Source: Microthyrium microscopicum (Eukaryota). From it: a stretch of DNA of 64,000 nt. The position numbers and the translations under genes were made by a program. Location of the stretch: NCBI GenBank assembly GCA_010405405.1, contig MU004236.1:62001-126000 (forward strand), written 5' to 3'. The stretch's first letter is position 1. The number at the start of each line of letters is the position of its first letter. Positions 61,076 through 64,000 of the stretch are shown here, one piece after another. A model generated the notes under the pieces. It worked only from the letters and a program-made list of their open reading frames with translations, was not told the DNA's origin and did no database searches.

Positions 61076-63201
61076 CTACACTTTCTCTGGAATGGTCTCC
61101 TCCATACTACCTTCGTAGATACTTTGTCTGCGAGGCTTTTGGTCCCTAAAGACCTTACCCCACTTGCCACTTAGCAAGTAACTAGCTGTTTGCTTAATGT
61201 TGGCAATATTTTCTCTTACAATATCCATGGTGGGTCTCGAGAAGACAATATCAATCTCTTCCAGGGTTTTGTCTTTGGTCTCTGGCATGAATAAAAGCTG
61301 GTATACCTCACCTATGACAGCAATGCCTCCATAGAAGCCTAGAGTCAGTCCTGTTCGAGTCATAGCGTCCTCCATGGCTGAGAAATTGTATGTGACAACG
61401 AATGAGGCCAGGAACAAAAGCGCGGCTGATGTGGTCATTCCGTATGATCTGAGATAAGTTGGATATACTTCTGATGGGATAACTATGACAGGTCAGTTAA
61501 TGTCCTTTGATAATAATGGTGTTTAGTGACTTACCCCAGGTCAGGCAAGCGTAAGATCCGAAGAAGCCCATATAGATGATCAACCCGAGAAGGTAGCATG
61601 CTTCAGCTCCCATGAGATTGGTATCGAGGGGTATATGGTAAGATATTCCAATCAAGATCAAACCAACAAAGAAGCCGGGAAGCATCACGTTTGCCTGTTA
61701 TTTTCAGTTAGCTGATGATCTCGTAGGAATGCAACGTTCCTTACCCAGACACGTCTGCCAAATGTCTCCATATAGAAAATTGCTGGGATAGTTCCGAGCA
61801 ACAAGGCGCCACCTCCAACAAGCGACATGTAATTCGCTCTCTCATCGTCGAAACCAATTTGTGTCATGAGAACGGACATGTAGTACATTATTGCATTAAC
61901 CTGAAAAGGTTAGAAACTGCGGTCAATTAGGATTGAAACAACTTACTCCTGTTAGCTGGCCAAGAAGAATCATTATATTGGCGTAAATGATTGCTCGACG
62001 ACAACGGGGTACACTATATCGTTTGCGTTAATTCCTAGTCAACAAAGATGACAATAGACTTACGTGAAGAAGTCGGTCCATGGGAAACGTTTGCCAGCGG
62101 AGCCAGCAGCAACTTCCTGTTCTTCCTCCTCCACGGAGGCCTTCATAACGAAGAACTCTTCTCTCGCCTGTAAAGTGTCGATTCCTCGAATCCGTTTCCA
62201 GATTCTGTAAGCTTCCACAGGCTTGCCTTTGTGCATTAAGAATCGAGGACTTTCTGGCAAGAACAACATTCTGCATCAATTAGTTCAGGCTGTCAAAGCG
62301 TTCAGAAGTAATACACTTACCCGGCAAACATGAGGATAGAGAAGACCACGGAGGACCCAAGAATATACCGCCAATTACCTTTGACGTGCAGAAATATGGC
62401 AGCAACGACATAACCAAAGACTTCTCCCAAGGCGATGTTGAATTGGTACAGTGAGACCATGTTACCACGGATTTTTCTTTCGACACACTCGGCGACATAC
62501 ACAGGGACAGTGCCGCCTTCAAGTCCAACGCCAATGCCAAGTATAACCCGGCCTGCAACAATCATTCCTGTTTCTCGTTAGTCAAGGGTATGGGAAAAGT
62601 ACGAGGTTTTCATACCAAAGCTATTAGCTCCGGCCTCAAGAGCAGCACCGAGTGTATATAAAACAGTTGATAGGACGATGGACCATTTGCGACCAAACCA
62701 TTCATTGCATGGCGAAATTAGTATCGCGCCTCCCACGGCACCCAAAGGCATTCCCGAATTGACCAAGCTGTTTTGCTGAACTGTAAGTCCGAGATCCTTT
62801 GGCAAGAACAAGTTTGCTCCGCTGATAAGTGATTGATCGAGGCCAGAAAGCAGACCACCCATGGAAGCAAAGATGACCATGGCGATTGTGAAATGCTTTG
62901 GAGATTTGAAATTGATTTCAAAGAAGTTTCTCTTATACCCAGCAGCTTTCTCTCGTTCTTCCATCTCAAGTATTAAAGCATCAATCTCCCAACCGCCAGC
63001 TTTGGCGACCTGAAGTGCTTCAAACTCGCCTTTGACTTCTGGCACTAAGCCTTCGTGGACTCGTTCTTGAATTTGTACAGCAGAGGGTCGTCTGTCTCCC
63101 CCAGCCTTGTAGTTCTCCATGGCAGATGAGACTGCGGTAGGATCTAGAGACGAGGCTCGCCTCTCCCACATGGCTTGGGTAGTGTCAAGTTCCTTCGGCA
63201 T
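61076..63201 (-). CDS. Sugar porter family MFS transporter (polyol/inositol transporter-like), multi-exon
   Basis: ASMGGLLSGLDQSLISGA, EWFGRK, GRVILGIGVGLE…PVYVAE, LPESPRF, GQLTGVNAIMYY and FMPETKDKTLEEID. Confidence 0.93.
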
Positions 63202-64000
63202 GGCGTGTTGTTTCTCAATTGGATCAATATATGGATGAGAAGAGAAACTGATCAGCCAGTTTGAGTTCTCACACTATCCCAGGCTCGACCTCTTTCTTAT
63301 AAACCCGGCCCCAAAGCATGCCATAACTGTCTATCAAAGAACCACGATAGCTATCACCCTGAGCAGACGCGATCCGCTTCGCCTTCCCTTGCTCCGAACA
63401 CCACCATGCCTCTTCATAACTGGCCAATTCCTTCCTCAAGTTGCGCTTCCGAACATGTATCCACCAGGGCAACAAATGCATGGCTATCAATTAGCCAAGC
63501 GGGGTACACCCTGAGCGGTGGATATGACGATGGATGGCTATCACAACCAGGGTGTTGGGAAGCAGATTCAAGCAGTGCGCCCAACAATTTGGCCACCACC
63601 AAAACCTTCAAGCACACAAATGTCTCATCTCACAACTGACTGGCTCAATATCAGTCGTTCAAGGTCGCGCGACACTTCTTTGGTGATTGTACCCCGCAAA
63701 AGGCAAGATGCATGACCAGGTTGACATGATCCGACGAGCTTTTGTGCAGGAGGGTTCACACTCCGGCTACAGCCTACAGGATTTTACGGTGTATTGGTCA
63801 ATATCGACGATTGAATTGATGCTGTGCGTTGGTTCAGCATATCACTGGTTTCCGGGTTGGGCATCTAGAGTTTAAGCATGAGGAGAAGATGCACACTGGA
63901 GAGGAAAGTGATAGTATCTTTGCATTTATGGCGTCATAGATCTATCAATTCCACTTGATCATGAGATATTGAACGTCAATCAGATTGAATTTCGAGATCT

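Overview
This is a eukaryotic window from a filamentous ascomycete (Pezizomycotina-type). It has compact spliceosomal introns, mostly 44-60 nt with GT-AG ends and CTAAC/CTGAC branch sites, and shows RIP-like decay of repeats. About 23 protein-coding genes could be modelled by hand. Conserved core genes include pyruvate dehydrogenase kinase, NAD-IDH subunit 2, exocyst Sec5, cullin-1, MPP beta and SDH4. The p22phox homologue NoxD/Pro41 and the gp91phox homologue NoxA/Nox1 form a head-to-head pair. Other genes are a CE12 rhamnogalacturonan acetylesterase, two GPI-type wall proteins, a small Cys-rich secreted protein, a DUF1769 protein, an alpha-arrestin, a sterol-glucosyltransferase-like GT1 with a UIM array, an SDR, two MFS transporters, an F-box-like protein, a Clr2-like domain protein and a Zn-dependent butanediol-type dehydrogenase. 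Three structurally distinct non-autonomous DNA elements with intact target-site duplications were read directly from the sequence. The first is a 577-bp foldback element with a 9-bp TSD (MULE-like). The second is a 976-bp element with an 8-bp TSD, a hairpin at each end and a decayed internal frame. The third is a 214-bp MITE with an apparent 6-bp TSD. No rRNA, tRNA or CRISPR features were seen. All family assignments come from motif recognition without database searches, and exon boundaries were inferred manually.
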